NCBI RefSeq assembly: GCF_009914755.1
Contig: NC_060928.1
Length of the DNA: 64,000 nucleotides
Reading direction: 5' to 3' (one strand)
From: the human T2T-CHM13v2.0 reference genome, Homo sapiens
In this document: piece by piece, positions 15,701 through 30,527 of the stretch
How positions within the stretch are numbered: position 1 is the stretch's first letter
How the letters are laid out: each line of letters opens with the position of its first letter
Position numbers and translations under genes: made by a program
The notes under the pieces: generated by a model
The model's database searches: none
Told to the model about the DNA's origin: nothing
What the model saw: the letters and a program-made list of their open reading frames with translations, nothing else

Positions 15701-18700
15701 TGTTGAGGTTTCAATCCATTTTATATCCAGAATGAAGACTAAAAATTTGGCAATTATAACCACAGAACAGATTGGAAAATTGAAATTTTAACCAAGTAAA
15801 AATAGTAATATAATCTGCAAAAACCAGGAGGTGGGATTGAGAGGTAGGTGAAAATAAATTTTAATTTTAATCTTTCTCAGTAGAGAGCCAGTTCTATGAA
15901 AACATGAAACGTGTAGTTTAAAAGGGTGATAACTTAAGAAAACATTTTTACAGTCTTTTTCTTAACCTTAGAGAGATCCTTAGGGAATTAATATTGTATG
16001 TATTGAAGAAATAATTATTTGAAACTTGACAGTTCCCTTGGTTCTACTTTGGTTTATTTTTCTTATGTTAAATTTATATAAAATTGACCCTTACATTTTT
16101 AGTTAAAAATTATATATATTCCTAGTGTTATAAATTATTCCCATCATCTGTACTGCCGTTCTTTCATGTGTGTAGGCTCATAGAAAAATACTCACAAATG
16201 AGGTTTGCAAAGTAATTAATGGGAGACCCTAGTTATTTCTGAGTGGTGGGATTTTGGATTATTTCTTTTTCCTTCTTTATTTTCTTCTCTTTTATTAAAA
16301 CTTTATAACAAGCATGAGTTTTTTGATTCAAATAAAGTAGAAATGATACAAAATAAGTATGTTGCAAGCAGTCCAAACTACGAATTTACAGTCTGTTTGG
16401 AAAGACAAGAGGTTTCTGTGTAACCAAACACCAAGATTCATAGTAGAGGGGACTTCAGAGATTGAAAAGTCTGTGTAGGCCAGGGTGCCGTGGAAAGCTC
16501 CCAGAGGAGGTGGAAACTTGTGCAGGTAGCATGTGGAAGAACAGGGAAGGGAAGATGGGCAGCGGGCAGCACTGAGCCCTGCAGGTAGAGGAACCATTGA
16601 GGCATAATTGGGTGCAGTTAGGGAGCCATCCGACTTGGAAGAAGCTACCTTTGGGGAAGTAATGGGAGGGAGGGGTCAGAGTCCTCCTAGGTCGGAAGGC
16701 CATTGAATGCTGATTGAAAGTTCAGACTTTCTTCCCTAGGTCTTGATGGGAAGCACAAATGGTGACATAGGCTAAGTGAAAGCAATAGGAAGGTGGTGGT
16801 ATCCGTAGAGAACTGAATTGTTGCCTGCTAAGGAATTTCAGAATCAAATTTGTTAAAAGCACATTTGGCCAAACAAAAAGTTGTTTTGGAGGATTTGGCC
16901 TGACGATTGCTGCTTTGGCACCTTTCTGCAGATTTGGGGGAGCTATTGAAGGTTTCTGAGTTGGTGGGGGGCGGCGGGGTGGACAGTGGTTAACAAATTG
17001 AAAGCAACCTGTGGACTGTGATCTTCCTGAATGAAGGTAATAATTGGATGTTGTTCAATTCATTTTTATAAAGACTGTCAGGATGCCTGTTACGTAGAAT
17101 CAGTGTAGTTGAATAAATGCTTGAATGAATGTGAATATAAGACATTATTGGAAGATCATTCTCATGTTTTGGCAATTGAATTAGAGAGGGAAGAAGTGGA
17201 TACCAGCTCTTTTCTAACAAAGAGGCTGTTACTCTGCGGGGAGATATGATGTAATCAAGGCTTACATTTGAGCAGGAGTAAAGGATAGGAAAGTAGATAA
17301 GAGACATTTTAGAAGAGAAAACCATCAGGACTTCTTAGCACTAAATGCATACAGGAGAGGAGTCATTTTTTCACATGGCCATTTACAAAAGATAGCTCCA
17401 AGGTTCCAAGCCTGGGTGACTAGAATGGGGAATTCTGATGGGGGTGATGAGCTCATTTTTATGTCTGTCAAAGCAATGCTGTTATCACGTTAAGAGCATG
17501 CACTTTACAGCCAGGCTTCTTCTGGGTTTGAATCTGCATCATCATGTATTCATTCTATAATATTCGGTTAGTTATTTAACATTGCATTTTTCTCCTTCTG
17601 CAAAATAAGGATGATAATTGTATACCTACCTCAAAGAGTTGTGAAGATTAAATGGGCTAATTGAGAATTACCTTAGAATGGCAGCACTTACAAAGTATTG
17701 ACAAGCAGTAAGTCTCAAAGTGATAGGTATAATAATGATTCCTACCAACAGAGAGGGATGGCTGAACATTGAAGAGAGATGTGTAGTAGACAGTGGGAGG
17801 TGGGGAACTAGAGCTTCGGCAACAAGTTAGGCCTGGAGCTTGAGGTTTGGGCGTTACCCATGTGGTGGTTGGACATGGAGTCTGTGAGGTGTGCACAGAG
17901 AAAAGGCGAGGGCCTTGAGTTCAAACTTTGGGGAGGAGGCAGTGTTGAATTTGCAGACTGGCTGAGGGTGCAGGTATAGCAAGTATACAAAAAGCTAGGC
18001 CTAAAGGTGAGGATAGGACACACTTTCAGGAGCAGAAATAGTCATTGAATTTGGGATAGGTGGGAATGAATGAAGTTAGGAGTTGAACTTAACATCCTTT
18101 TGATATGGGCTTTGGAGTCTTACCTGTTGCCCTGCAATGAAGTAGAAACTGATGCTGCCATGCACTGACTCCAGCAGATACATAGCGTTGTGTGCTGGGA
18201 GGAGAGGCTGGAATGGATTATCCCAAGGTCCCTTCAACCTAAGATGGCCCTAAGGAATAATGGTGCTGCCACTGGCCTCCACCTGCCACATGCATGGGTG
18301 CCATCGCCTATTTCAAACTCTCCTCCCAGTACTGAAGTCTTCCTGGCTCTCTGTGCCAGGCTTAGCTGTGCCCTTGGTTATGGCAGTTTTCTTAATTTCT
18401 TCAAGTTATTTTCTTCTGTGTGTCTTTACCATTAGATCCCTGAGGGCATGGGTCTTGCCGTTTACCTCTGTCCCTAGAGCTCAAGGCGGTTCTTGCTGTC
18501 GGTCTCAGTGGTTATATAAGACCCTCCCTCCTTGTTTGGTCTGTAAACCTGTGTAGGACAGACGTCTGCATCTAATGGTGGCATTGGGTTCACAGGAGAC
18601 AGGCCCATCTGAGGGATGTGGATGGCATAGGCTGTACTTTGTGGCCCAAGGTTGTCCCCAACCAAGTCAACCAAGGTGGATTCTCTGGTGCAGATTTGCG

Positions 18701-19455
18701 GGCAGTGGTTTGTCATTTCTTTCCTGTCTCTGTGACTCACTCCTTGTTTTGTAGAGCTGTTCTTTAAAATCCCTTGAGTGTATTAATACTTTCCATTTCA
18801 TTGTTCATTTGGCGAAAATCATTCTTAATAAGTACATTCTCAAGTGCAGTGCCCAGTGTTTGTTTTTCTTGCACATTCTTAGAGCCTAATTTTGCAGCTT
18901 ACAAAATTGTATAAATCTGTCTGTATAATACACGTGGAACATTCCTCTGGATTTATTGGCAAGGAAGGTTGAAGCCCAGGTTTGGAATCCGCAAACTAAA
19001 TTTTAACCCTAGCTTTGGCTTTTTATTTTCTTTTAAGCAGACTTTTTTCCCTTAGAAAAGTAATTCATGATTATTATAGAAGCATAAAGAATAAGGTAGA
19101 AGAAGATCTATCCAGAATAAACCACTTTTAACATTTTTGTATTCTTTTCTATGCAGATTTTTAAAAACTATTATCTTAAAATAGTTAAGATAATTATTAT
19201 TGTCTGTAGCTTTGCCATAAGATTATAACTAAATTTTCTATAAAAATTAAATGGGGAGCTTTGTTTTCAGTGGTTACATAACATTTCATCATTTAACTGT
19301 GCCATAATTTAAACCATTCTCCTGCAGTTGGACATTAAGATTGTTTCCAACTTTTTACTTTCATAAATAAGTCTGTGATGAACAATTTTGTTCCTCTTAC
19401 CTGTGTACCTGGTAAGTCTTTGTTATAGATGTCAAAAAATAGAATGAAAGGGTAT

Positions 19456-19810
19456 TGATATGGTTTGTCTGTGTCCCTACCCAAATCTCATCTTGAATTG
19501 TAACTTCTACAATTCCCACATGTCATGGGAGGAACCCTATGGGAGGTGGTTGAATTATGGGGGTGGGATTTTCCTGTGCTGTTCTCGTGATAGTAAGTCT
19601 CACGAGATCTGATGGTTTTAAAAATGGGAGTTTCCCTGCACAAGCTCCCTTCTCTTGTCTGCTGCCATGTGAGACCTGCCTTTCACCTTCTGCCATGATT
19701 GTGAGGCCTCCCTAGCCACATGGAACTGTGAGTCCAGTAAACCTCTTTCTTTTGTAAATTGCCCAGTCTTAGGTATGTCTTTATCAGCAGCGTGAAAACG
19801 AACTAATACA
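19456..19810 (+). mobile_element. THE1-type MaLR solo LTR
   Basis: tgatatggtttg...aactaataca; near-TSD ggtat/gggat. Confidence 0.85.
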
Positions 19811-20684
19811 GGGATCAACTGTGTAAAGCTCCTATGTGTGCTGACAGATTGCTTTCCAGAAAGTTGGTAACAATTTGTTCACATGTCATGTCTGAGAATG
19901 CTACTTTCATTCTCCTCTGTGCGGCAAAAATTGTTTGCAAAATCTTAGTCAGTGTGATAGGTGAGCAGTTGTGTTTTGGTTTTCTTACTAGGGAAAGGTG
20001 AGCATTTTCCTTCATTTTTTGTAGAAGGCTGAAAAACACAAAAAAAACTATCCATCCAAAATGCTACCACTGAAAAGAAGTTCTGGAAATGTAGAGGTAA
20101 ATGTCTAACCTAGTTCTGCTTCCACACTTCAGAGGCAGACACAGTGAACAGGATCCTGCTTCCCCAGCCATTTCCTAGTGCTTATGCATCATAAACACAT
20201 TTGTGTTTTCTAAAACCAAAATGGAAAGAGGAGACACAAGGTAGTCTATAATTCACCTTTTCTAAAAACATTATTTTATGATGGAATATTTTAGACGAGC
20301 TCTTCGTGGTTTTTTTTTTTTTTGCTTTTGCATTTGTTTCATGAATTTATATTTCATGTCCTTTGCCCATTTTTCTTTTGAATGTTTTATTCTCTGTAAG
20401 AGCACTTTCTGTGTTAAAGATATCAACTCTATCAAATATTGTGTATCAGAGATTTTTCTTAGTTTGCTAAGAAACTAAGCAAACTTAGTTATTGCTTATT
20501 TGATTTTACTTATACACAGTGAGTGGCTTTAAGAATGACTTTTGCAGTAAGTTTGTGATTTCTCTTCTTTGATTTCTTCCTTTGCTTTTAGTAAAGCTTA
20601 GGAAATGTTTCTCCACACTGCCATCTGTGAAATCATCACCTCTATCAGAGAGATCAGCAAACGTAACTAGTTCAAATAGTTCAG

Positions 20685-20955
20685 CTGACGCAGGAGAATC
20701 TCTTGAACCCAGGAGTTCAAGACCAGTCTGGGCAACACAGCAAGACCCCATCTCTGCAGAAAATAAAAAAAAAATAGCTGGGCATGGTGGCACTTGCCTG
20801 TAGTGTCAGCTACTCAGGAGGCTGAGGTAGGCGGTTGCTTGAGCCTGGGAGGTTGAGGCAGCAGTGAACAATGATTGCCTCACTGCACTCTAGCCTGAGC
20901 AACAGAGCAAGACCCTGTCTCCAAAAAAAAAAAAAAAAAAAAACCCACCAAAAAA
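20685..20955 (+). mobile_element. 5'-truncated Alu (AluJ-like)
   Basis: Alu body and poly(A). Confidence 0.85.
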
Positions 20956-23204
20956 ACCTCCAAATAACTCAATAATAATGATGACGATAACTAAGTCTCA
21001 TTTAAATGGCTTATGAGATGCTAGGTAATTTAGTCCACACAATGCTTTGAGGATGACTCGGGAAACTGAGGCAGAGAGGCTAAGTAACTTGCCCAAGGTT
21101 ACACAGCCAGTAATCAAGGCACGAGATTGAAACTAGGCAGTTTAGCCTCCGAGATATACTCCTAATTGCAGCTCCATGTGACTCTTCAGTTTCCTGGTTA
21201 GTCCTGTCCTTCTCTCTCTGGGATCCTCTGCACCAGAAAGCAGGCAGGTGGTGCTTTGCTCTTCCTCGGATTTCTTGACAAGTCTGTTGCTGTGTGCTCT
21301 GGCTCACTTTCCCTCCCTGTTCTACCTGCTGTCTCCATTGCAGGCCTGTTCTCTCTCAGCCACATCCCTCCTCACTGCCCAGTGCTTCAGAAGGTGCTCC
21401 CTGCCACTCTTTCTGGGATATGTCTCACGCCTCTGAATCTAGCTTGTCCTGCATTCCCCTTTTCTTTGTCATACTCACGGAGAACTCTTTGATGCTTCTG
21501 GTCACCGAGTCCCGCCTCTCAGTAGTCCTGAATGTACTCACCCTTTCGCTTGCACAGGATGACAGTTCCAACCAGATGGATTTGAGAAAGGCAGCCAAGT
21601 ATCAGTGACTGCTTACCAGCTCACGCTTTCTCAGACCCCACTGAGAGACTGATTTTTTATTTGTACCTGACCTTGGAGGGATGGATAGGCTCAAGTACTT
21701 GCTGTGTCGACAAGCCTTTGCTGGCCCTTGAGTGGACGGGGGTGGGAAACCTCCCCACCAAGTTAGAAAGACACAAAGGAACAATACATGAAGAAATGTG
21801 GTGCATGTCTGTTTAACATTAAATCCCGAGTCTGCATATCCTTCAGTTTAGCTTCAAACTTAAGCAATTAGCATAAGGTCCTGTACAATAGGGCTTTGTA
21901 TGCTTAACTTGTCAGGTTTTTAAAATACCTTCAGAATCAGAAAAAGGTTAATACATACTTATTGGGGGAAACAAAGGTGTATAAAGGAGAAATAAAAAAT
22001 GTCATAATCCCACTGCCTACGCAGTTACAAATCCCATTTCGCTTCTAGTTTTTATTTACTGTGGTGTGCACATTGCTTTAATAGATGCATAAGGGTTCTA
22101 ATATCTCAGACATAGAACTTGTAGGTATTGCAGGTTACCTAAAACCTTTTTCTCCTTCCAAGTTATTCGTGTTAGTTGAGTGTATGTTTCAACTTCACAA
22201 TTCCTACTCTGATTGCTGGGCCAACCTTCTGAAAGAGAAGGTAAAATGAGCCAATCTTTGCTTTCCATGAAGTGTGAATCCTTCAGTCAGTAGGAAGGGG
22301 ACTCTTCTGGATCTAGGGAATTTGCCTCTGTGAGGTGCCTGGAGAAGATATATCTTCCTCCTGAAAGGACCTAACACACTGAAGAGTTGTGTCTTTTAAG
22401 CCCTTGGGTCTCAGTGTGTGAGCTACCACCACCGCCCACCCACTGACAGTGTCTCTGTTTTAAGAGGGCAACATGTGGAAGGAAGAAGAATAATAAGGAT
22501 TAGAATATGTTAAAGACTTGAGCTACTTCATAGTTTGAAAGGGCAAAGGGAATCCCTCTCCCGTTGGGTCTGTTAATAGACCATGCCTGACACTGAAAAG
22601 AGGAAAAGGCTCCAATTGAGGAAACTATACTTATTTAATACTTATATATATAATGTTTATGCATCTCATGCTGATGCTTTTCAGAACCACATTTTTGAAA
22701 CATCAGGCATATTCTTGCCTATTTACCTGAGAAGCTTACACTAGTTTGGAGCATTCTATAGAGATTTGGCTGTTCTCCTAAAGTTCGTCTATAAACAAAA
22801 ACATAAAGACACAACTTGATCCTAAGTTGAGTTTTTACCTAATTTTTCTTCATAGTACAGTAATTTATGTGAGTTGCACATACCAAATTAACAGGTGAAG
22901 GTTGGAGGATTTATTGCTGCAAAGTTAACAGCAAGCTGGTCATAAATTGCTAGCAGATGTTTTTCCTTTTTAGCCTCTTAGGAATTTTATAGGCAACAAT
23001 TCTTTTTTCTTCTTTTTCTGTGGAGCTTGAGGGAAGTAGCGCAAGAGGGGAAATGAAAACAAACTAGAGGCTGAGCAACATACTTCTCAGTTTTCAACAG
23101 CACTGGGACATTCTGAATTCAGATGGAGTTGGTCTTCAAACATTTAAACATGTTTTTATTCATATTTAGTTTAAACCATTAAACATTTACTTTCTCTTCT
23201 TTAG

Positions 23205-23329
23205 CAAGAAGATCCTTATAGGAAGAAAAAGCTTCAGGAGAAAAGAGAAGGAAATTTACAAAATTTAAATTGGAGTAAAAGTCGAACATGTAGAAAGAAC
23301 AAGAAAAGGGGTGTTGCTCCAGTCTCAAG
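23205..23329 (+). CDS. TMEM131L: TMEM131L coding exon G (Lys/Arg-rich)
   Basis: ttctttag|CAAGAA...TCAAG|gtgcgt; [41 protein letters not shown]. Confidence 0.9.
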
Positions 23330-24131
23330 GTGCGTAATTCTTACTATCTCTAATATTTTGATCTATTTTTCACTTTATAATTTTGCATTTGGCTATTCAC
23401 TTTTAAACTTATTTCGGTGATATTAGATACCGATAATATGAGAGTGTAAATGTTTATATCTTAAGATTAAAATACATTTGTAAAATTAACATTTTCCCAT
23501 TATGTTTTTATTTTGTTAAAAATACCTTAAAGTGACCATTTTGTATCTTTCCTTTATAAAATGCTAACAGATTTGGTAGTTTTTAGGGGAAAAGCATAAG
23601 CCATCCCTCCGTGTGGAGACCTTCATTCTGCTTATGAGAGGCAGGGGCATTTGTGGAGCAGGAACTAGAGAAAACCACGGGGCACAGGCAGGCCTCTGCT
23701 GTTCCCTGTTCAGCCACTGACCCACCTGCGCTATCTGGGGTCATAATAATGAAACAGAATAGTTACCCCTCAGGTCACCCTTGCTTCAGTCCTGCAGAAG
23801 GTAGGTTCTTACAGCTGCAGGAAGTGAGGTACCCAGACAATATGTGGTTTGACAAGCTGGTAAGGGGCAGATCCAGAATTCGAACCCAGGCAGTGTGGCA
23901 CTCTGCCTTGGAAACCTTGCTTCTTTGAGACACTTAATTTCCCTGACAAAATCATTTTCTTATTGGTATCCCTTTCTGCTCATCATACTCTTCCACCAGA
24001 CCCAAAGAGAGGAGGACTCCTATTGTCCCAGATTCATATTTTCACCTCTAATAAGTGTCATGGAAAGGAAGTCTGCATGTGTACATGATAAAATACAGAT
24101 GTGTTTTTTTTTGTGTGTGTGTCTTTTCCAG

Positions 24132-24298
24132 GCCTCCTGAACAGAGTGATCTAAAGCTTGTGTGCAGTGACTTTGAGAGGTCTGAGCTGAGCAGTGACAT
24201 CAATGTAAGAAGCTGGTGTATACAGGAAAGCACTAGGGAGGTTTGTAAAGCAGATGCCGAAATTGCAAGCAGTTTACCTGCTGCCCAGAGAGAGGCAG
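24132..24298 (+). CDS. TMEM131L: TMEM131L coding exon H
   Basis: cttttccag|GCCTCC...GGCAG|gtatgt; [22 protein letters not shown]...AAQREA. Confidence 0.92.
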
Positions 24299-25346
24299 GT
24301 ATGTAATGATACTGAGCTACAAATGGTGCTTCTGTGGGAATTTTTGTTTCCTCAATGAAGTATCTAATAAGAGAAATGACACCTCAGTGATTTTATCTCT
24401 ACAGGCAACTTAGCTAATAACTAAAGCCCCAGTGGAAAGCTTTCAGGGTGAGACCAGAAAACTAAGATTTGGTTGAGTCTCAGTAGGCCTCTAGTGCTGC
24501 CCCCCAGCCCCCCAGTCTGGCCAGTCGCAACTATCCTCAGGCATATTGCTGAAGGAATGATGCTTGCTTGCTGCAGATAGGTCCCCTTTGGTGAAAGGGG
24601 GGAGTAGCCAAGTGAGATAGTGCTACCCCCGTGCCTGAGTCCAGCAGTTCTGCAGAGCCATGCTGCTGCCCCACCCAAGGCCTGCTGGGCAGTGTCCCTG
24701 GGAGTGGTAGGCAGAGGGACACCCAGTGCTGAGTCCAGGGTCTGGTACCGGATAGTGGGGGCTAGGGCAGTACATGTGGGGTATGGGGTGGTGGGGGTTG
24801 CAACCCTCCCAACCAACACCCACTTTCTCCAGACGCATGCCCCATGTCCCGACGCAGGCCAGCACACCTAGCTGGTTTCTATCTCCACCCTCTCTTTTTC
24901 ATTCCCTTGACACGTGTGTGTTGCTTTTGGTCTTACTGAAGAGTCTTCCCATTCATGTATCAATATTTTGAAACTCTTAGTGGATATCTTATTAAAAGAG
25001 AGGGGGAAAATCACCTATGAATCTCTGGTGCAATAGAGTAGCCTCAGTCTTCTTGATATAAGTTATTGGTTAATTCTAGAATCATTATTAGATCATGCTT
25101 ATGTAGTTGGTGTTGGCCCTCTTAGCCCCTAATTGCTCCTGCCATAGGCAGAGTAGACGGCCCATCCCCTATTATTTCTCAAAGTGCAACCATTAGTTTC
25201 CATGAACTCCTCCTTTCTTGCTAGATGAGCAGAGGTAGCTGAAGGTGAACCTGGCCCTACTCCTCCTGTCACCTCTCTCTTTCTGTTAGAAATGCATGAG
25301 GTTGACAGTTGTTTCAGGGAAACATGACTCCTTTCACTTCCTCCAG

Positions 25347-25532
25347 AAGGTTACTACCAGAAGCCTGAGAAGAAATGTGTGGACAAGTTCTGCTCCGATT
25401 CCAGCTCTGACTGTGGGAGCTCCTCTGGCAGCGTGCGTGCCAGCCGGGGCAGCTGGGGGAGCTGGAGCAGCACCAGCAGCTCCGACGGGGATAAGAAGCC
25501 CATGGTGGACGCCCAGCACTTCCTGCCGGCCG
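25347..25532 (+). CDS. TMEM131L: TMEM131L coding exon I (Ser-rich)
   Basis: cttcctccag|AAGGTT...GGCCG|gtgagt; (E)[61 protein letters not shown]; tandem CAGAAG acceptor (alt start 25350). Confidence 0.92.
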
Positions 25533-25829
25533 GTGAGTCCTGAGCAGAGCCCCAGGCACTCTCAGTGGCCCTTCCCTCTGCCCTCCCACGTACCCAGTCC
25601 ACACAGTCTCGATCTGCCTTCAGGAGTGCAGAGGACAGATGGGACAGTGGCCTTGACCTTTGCTTTGGACTTACTCACTTTCTTTTTCTTTCCTCCCTCC
25701 CCCTTCCCCTCCATCCTTGTCATAATCATCATCATTGTTTGTTAGTGTCTGTCTTGGAAATAGTTCAGAGAGCTTCTGTATTTAGTTTGTCATTTGTACA
25801 TTCTTAATGACACCGCATTTGCCATTGTG

Positions 25830-26240
25830 ATGTTTCTTAGGTGTGGACTTCTGTGGCACTAAGTGCATCACATTGTGCAGCCATCACAACTGTCCATCTC
25901 CAGTATTTTTTATCTTGCAAAACTGAAACTGTACCCATGAAACAATAACTCTGCATTGCTCCCTCCCTGTAACCCCTGCTCACCCCTCTTCTACTTTCTG
26001 TGTCTATAAATCTGCCTACTCTGGCTATCTTATGTAAGTGGAATCACACAGTATGGTTTTCTTTTTGTGACTGGATCATTTCAGTTAGCATAATGTCTTC
26101 AATGTTCAAAAACATTGTAGCATGTGTCAGCATTTCCTTCCCTTTTATTGCCGGGTAATACTCCATTGTATGTGCAGACACTTGGATGATAACTTTCACC
26201 TTTTGGTTTGTTCTAATAATGCTGCTGTGAACATTGGCTG
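25830..26240 (-). mobile_element. Old L1M 3' fragment
   Basis: caaaactgaaactgtaccc, tgtaagtggaatcacacagt, aatgctgctgtgaacatt. Confidence 0.7.
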
Positions 26241-26553
26241 TCCCTTATTTTTGAGAAAGTTTGAGAAAGTTAAAGATGTCGGAGAGGTCACAGAAGCATC
26301 TGTGTTTCAGTTACCCAGAACTAACAACTCTTAATTTTGCCATATTTGCTTTTTTTTTTTTAAATCATCTGTTCACTTCTCCCTTCCCAAGAGAATCACT
26401 GTTTACTGTCATGAATTTGGTCTGGGTACTTTTAGTCCATTTTAAATTTTACATTCATATATCCATCAACAAAATATTGACTGTTAGTCTTTAACTTACA
26501 TAAATGAAATCATACTTCAGTGTAGCCTTCTGCATCTTGCTCTTTTCACTCAG

Positions 26554-26938
<385 letters not shown>

Positions 26939-27579
26939 TCAACATAGTAAACTTTTAACTTTAGTAAAAAGAAAGGGTGGTGAGATTGTGCAGTTCCTGT
27001 TTGTATGGCACCTTGCATTTGTCAAGCATGCTCATGGGTGCCCACACGCCCCGTGAGAAGGGCAGGGCAGGTGTCCCTGTTCTCACTGTCATCTGAAGAC
27101 TCAGCCTCAGAGAGGATGCCCGAATCCTTTGACACCATGCAGTCAGTAGCTGAGTCTTGAACCCCGGGCTTCTTCCCCCAGATCCCAGTGCACTTCCCAC
27201 CTCATCTCCTATTCTCCTCATGGGCTGTTCTACATGATGAACACAAGCCATAGAGAATTTCCTTCAGCAGCCTGCAAGCTGTACTATTTCTTCTCTCTCC
27301 CACCAGCAGTGAGACCTTAAAAGAAAGTCTTGTCTGAGAGACTAGTGCAGTAGCAGCCATGAAAACCTAGAGGAAGTGCCCACGTGTACGCGATTCCACT
27401 CAGCAGTTCTCCGCGTTTTCAGTTTTCCCTGTCTTGTCTCGCTCAGCCTTTTTAGACATTGTTGTCTTAATGGCCCCGCATAAAATGTTCACAGCACTGA
27501 TAACGTTCTGTGCATGTGCATCTACCACAGAAGACTGAAGGTTTGCCTGATGATTCCAGTGTGGGATTTTAAAAATGGA

Positions 27580-27850
27580 GGCCGGGCGCAGTGGCTCACA
27601 CCTGCAATCCCAGCACTTTGGGAGGCCGAAGCAGACAGATCACTTGAGGTCAGGAGTTCAAGACCAGCTGGCCAACGTAGCAAAACCCCATCTCTACTAA
27701 AAATTCAAAAACCAGCTGGGCGTGGTGACGAGCGCCTGCAGTTACAGCCACTGGGAGGCTGAGGCAGGAGGCGGAGGTTGCAGTGAGCCGAGATCGCCAC
27801 TGCACTCCAGCCTGGGTGACAAAGCGAGACTCTGTCTCGACAAAAAAAAA
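27580..27850 (+). mobile_element. Alu with internal deletions
   Basis: ggccgggcgcagtggctcac...poly(A). Confidence 0.88.
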
Positions 27851-27990
27851 GGGGGTACATTAGTTAAGAAAAACTACAAGTGTGTCTTTTGCTTGAGGGA
27901 AAGGCTAACATTAGTAGAATGATGAAAATTATTAATGGTGTTGCTGTACAGTAGCATAGTATGCAGTCTTTAAGTTGCATTTGAAGGTTA

Positions 27991-28413
<423 letters not shown>

Positions 28414-28596
28414 TCATAATTGTAGTATAATTGCACGATTCATGTTTAATGTTTAATTAAAAAATGTGAGAATATCAGTTTAAAGTGAAAAATCAGTCAT
28501 GCATTAATGATATTAATAACCTATGCATTTTAATACCGAATATACAGTTGAAGTGTACTTTTTGAAACTTGTGATAATGTGTTTCTTTTAATGCAG

Positions 28597-28675
28597 GAGA
28601 CAGTGTTTCACAAAATGATTTTCCTTCTGAAGCTCCCATCTCCTTGAATCTTTCTCATAACATCTGCAATCCCAT
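28597..28675 (+). CDS. TMEM131L: TMEM131L coding exon J (79 nt)
   Basis: taatgcag|GAGAC...CCCAT|gtaagt; (G)[25 protein letters not shown](M). Confidence 0.9.
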
Positions 28676-28877
28676 GTAAGTTTTTTATTTTCCAGCTTTT
28701 ACAGTATGTTTTGTGTACTGCTTTTTCTACCAATTATTGTGTTTCTTCTTTGTACTTGGTTCTGCAGGTTAAAATATGAAAACTTTTTAAAGATGCAGGA
28801 AAGTAAAATCTGATTTTATTAATTCAGGAGTGGCGCAAGTAAACATGGTTCATGTGGGAGAGGCTCAGGTATCGCTA

Positions 28878-29222
<345 letters not shown>

Positions 29223-29637
29223 ACACCTTATTTCTGAATATAGAAGGAGGAAGCAGTAGTTATTATAAAGATGGGAATCATTTACCCTTTGCTAGGCCTT
29301 GAAATAAAACTGAGCATTGATAATTGAGGAAATTTTGCAAGAACCTAGTAGATACATGTTTCCAGTTCTGCCCTATGATGATTTCTGCAGCACTGGACAA
29401 AATAAACAAGTACAATTTATTGAGTGAGAGACGAGGAGCGTGGGTAAGAAGGAGGAGAGTTCAGTGTGAGAAATGAACTTGGTTTCTTAGGTACCTCCCT
29501 CTTGGTAAGAGGACAAAGGATGCAGTTAAGAGGGTGAGTTTGTGAGGAAGGAAACTTGACTAGTGCACAGGAAAGCTCTTCATGGGTTTATTGGGGGTAG
29601 GTTGTCAGCAAAGGAGTAAGAGTTGCTGCTAACTGCT

Positions 29638-29731
29638 AGCCTAGGCACACTCCCCAGTCAGCCTCCTTCCCTTGGGCCACGCATCTCCCTTCTGTACTTT
29701 TCTGTCATCTCTGACTAGGGAAGGTGAACTA
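29638..29731. repeat. Left arm of 94-bp inverted repeat flanking exon K
   Basis: agcctaggcacactcccc...gggaaggtgaacta is the reverse complement of 30434-30527 at 92/94 positions. Confidence 0.97.
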
Positions 29732-30054
29732 CCTGGAAATACAGACAGGTGGCTACCTGTCTGAAAATCTACCTGACGGGTAGATTTAAAACCACAGGTT
29801 ACCTCATAGTTATGTTAGTTAATTTTTTTTGTTGTTGGTTATGACAAGACTTTGCTAGATTTGGGAATTTAATATTCCTCAATTCTTTTCTGGCTGTGTA
29901 ACTTTACATCCTTTATATCTGTATGTTTCTTCCCCAAGAAACTCTTCCCCAAGACTTCAATTGAGTGAAAACTCAATCAGACGTGGTTATACAATATCAG
30001 TATTTCCTCGTGCAGAAAAAATGAGTCGTTCCTCCTTTGCCCTCTTCCCCACAG

Positions 30055-30137
30055 GACCGTGAATAGTCTCCCACAATACGCAGAGCCTTCCTGTCCCAGC
30101 CTTCCTGCCGGGCCCACAGGTGTTGAAGAAGATAAAG
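30055..30137 (+). CDS. TMEM131L: TMEM131L coding exon K (83 nt)
   Basis: cttccccacag|GACCG...TAAAG|gtgaga; TVNSLPQYAEPSCPSLPAGPTGVEEDK. Confidence 0.9.
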
Positions 30138-30433
30138 GTGAGATGCATTCGTCTTGCTGCAGACATCAGCCAAGGGTTCTGTGCTGTCTGTATTCCTGGC
30201 TGATGAGTTTGAGAAGACAGAGCAGGCGGGGTGGGACAGGGCCATTTCCCCACCAGCCCCTTCTGCAAGCCACACGTTCATACATCAGGAAGGCACCTAC
30301 TCTGTGGACGGGCATCATTGGGGCCCCAGCTGACCTTGTGCATCAATAGTGAGCCCCTTCCCTACAGCTGAGGCACAGATGGCCTATGTCCTGGAATAAT
30401 CCCAGGCCCCTCACAGCAGACTCCTGATTCATT

Positions 30434-30527
30434 TAGTTCACCTTCCCTAGTCAGAGATGACAGAAAAGTACAGAAGGTAGATGCGTGGCCCAAGGGAAGG
30501 AGGCTGATTGGGGAGTGTGCCTAGGCT
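30434..30527. repeat. Right arm of 94-bp inverted repeat flanking exon K
   Basis: tagttcaccttccc...ggggagtgtgcctaggct; reverse complement of 29638-29731. Confidence 0.97.
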
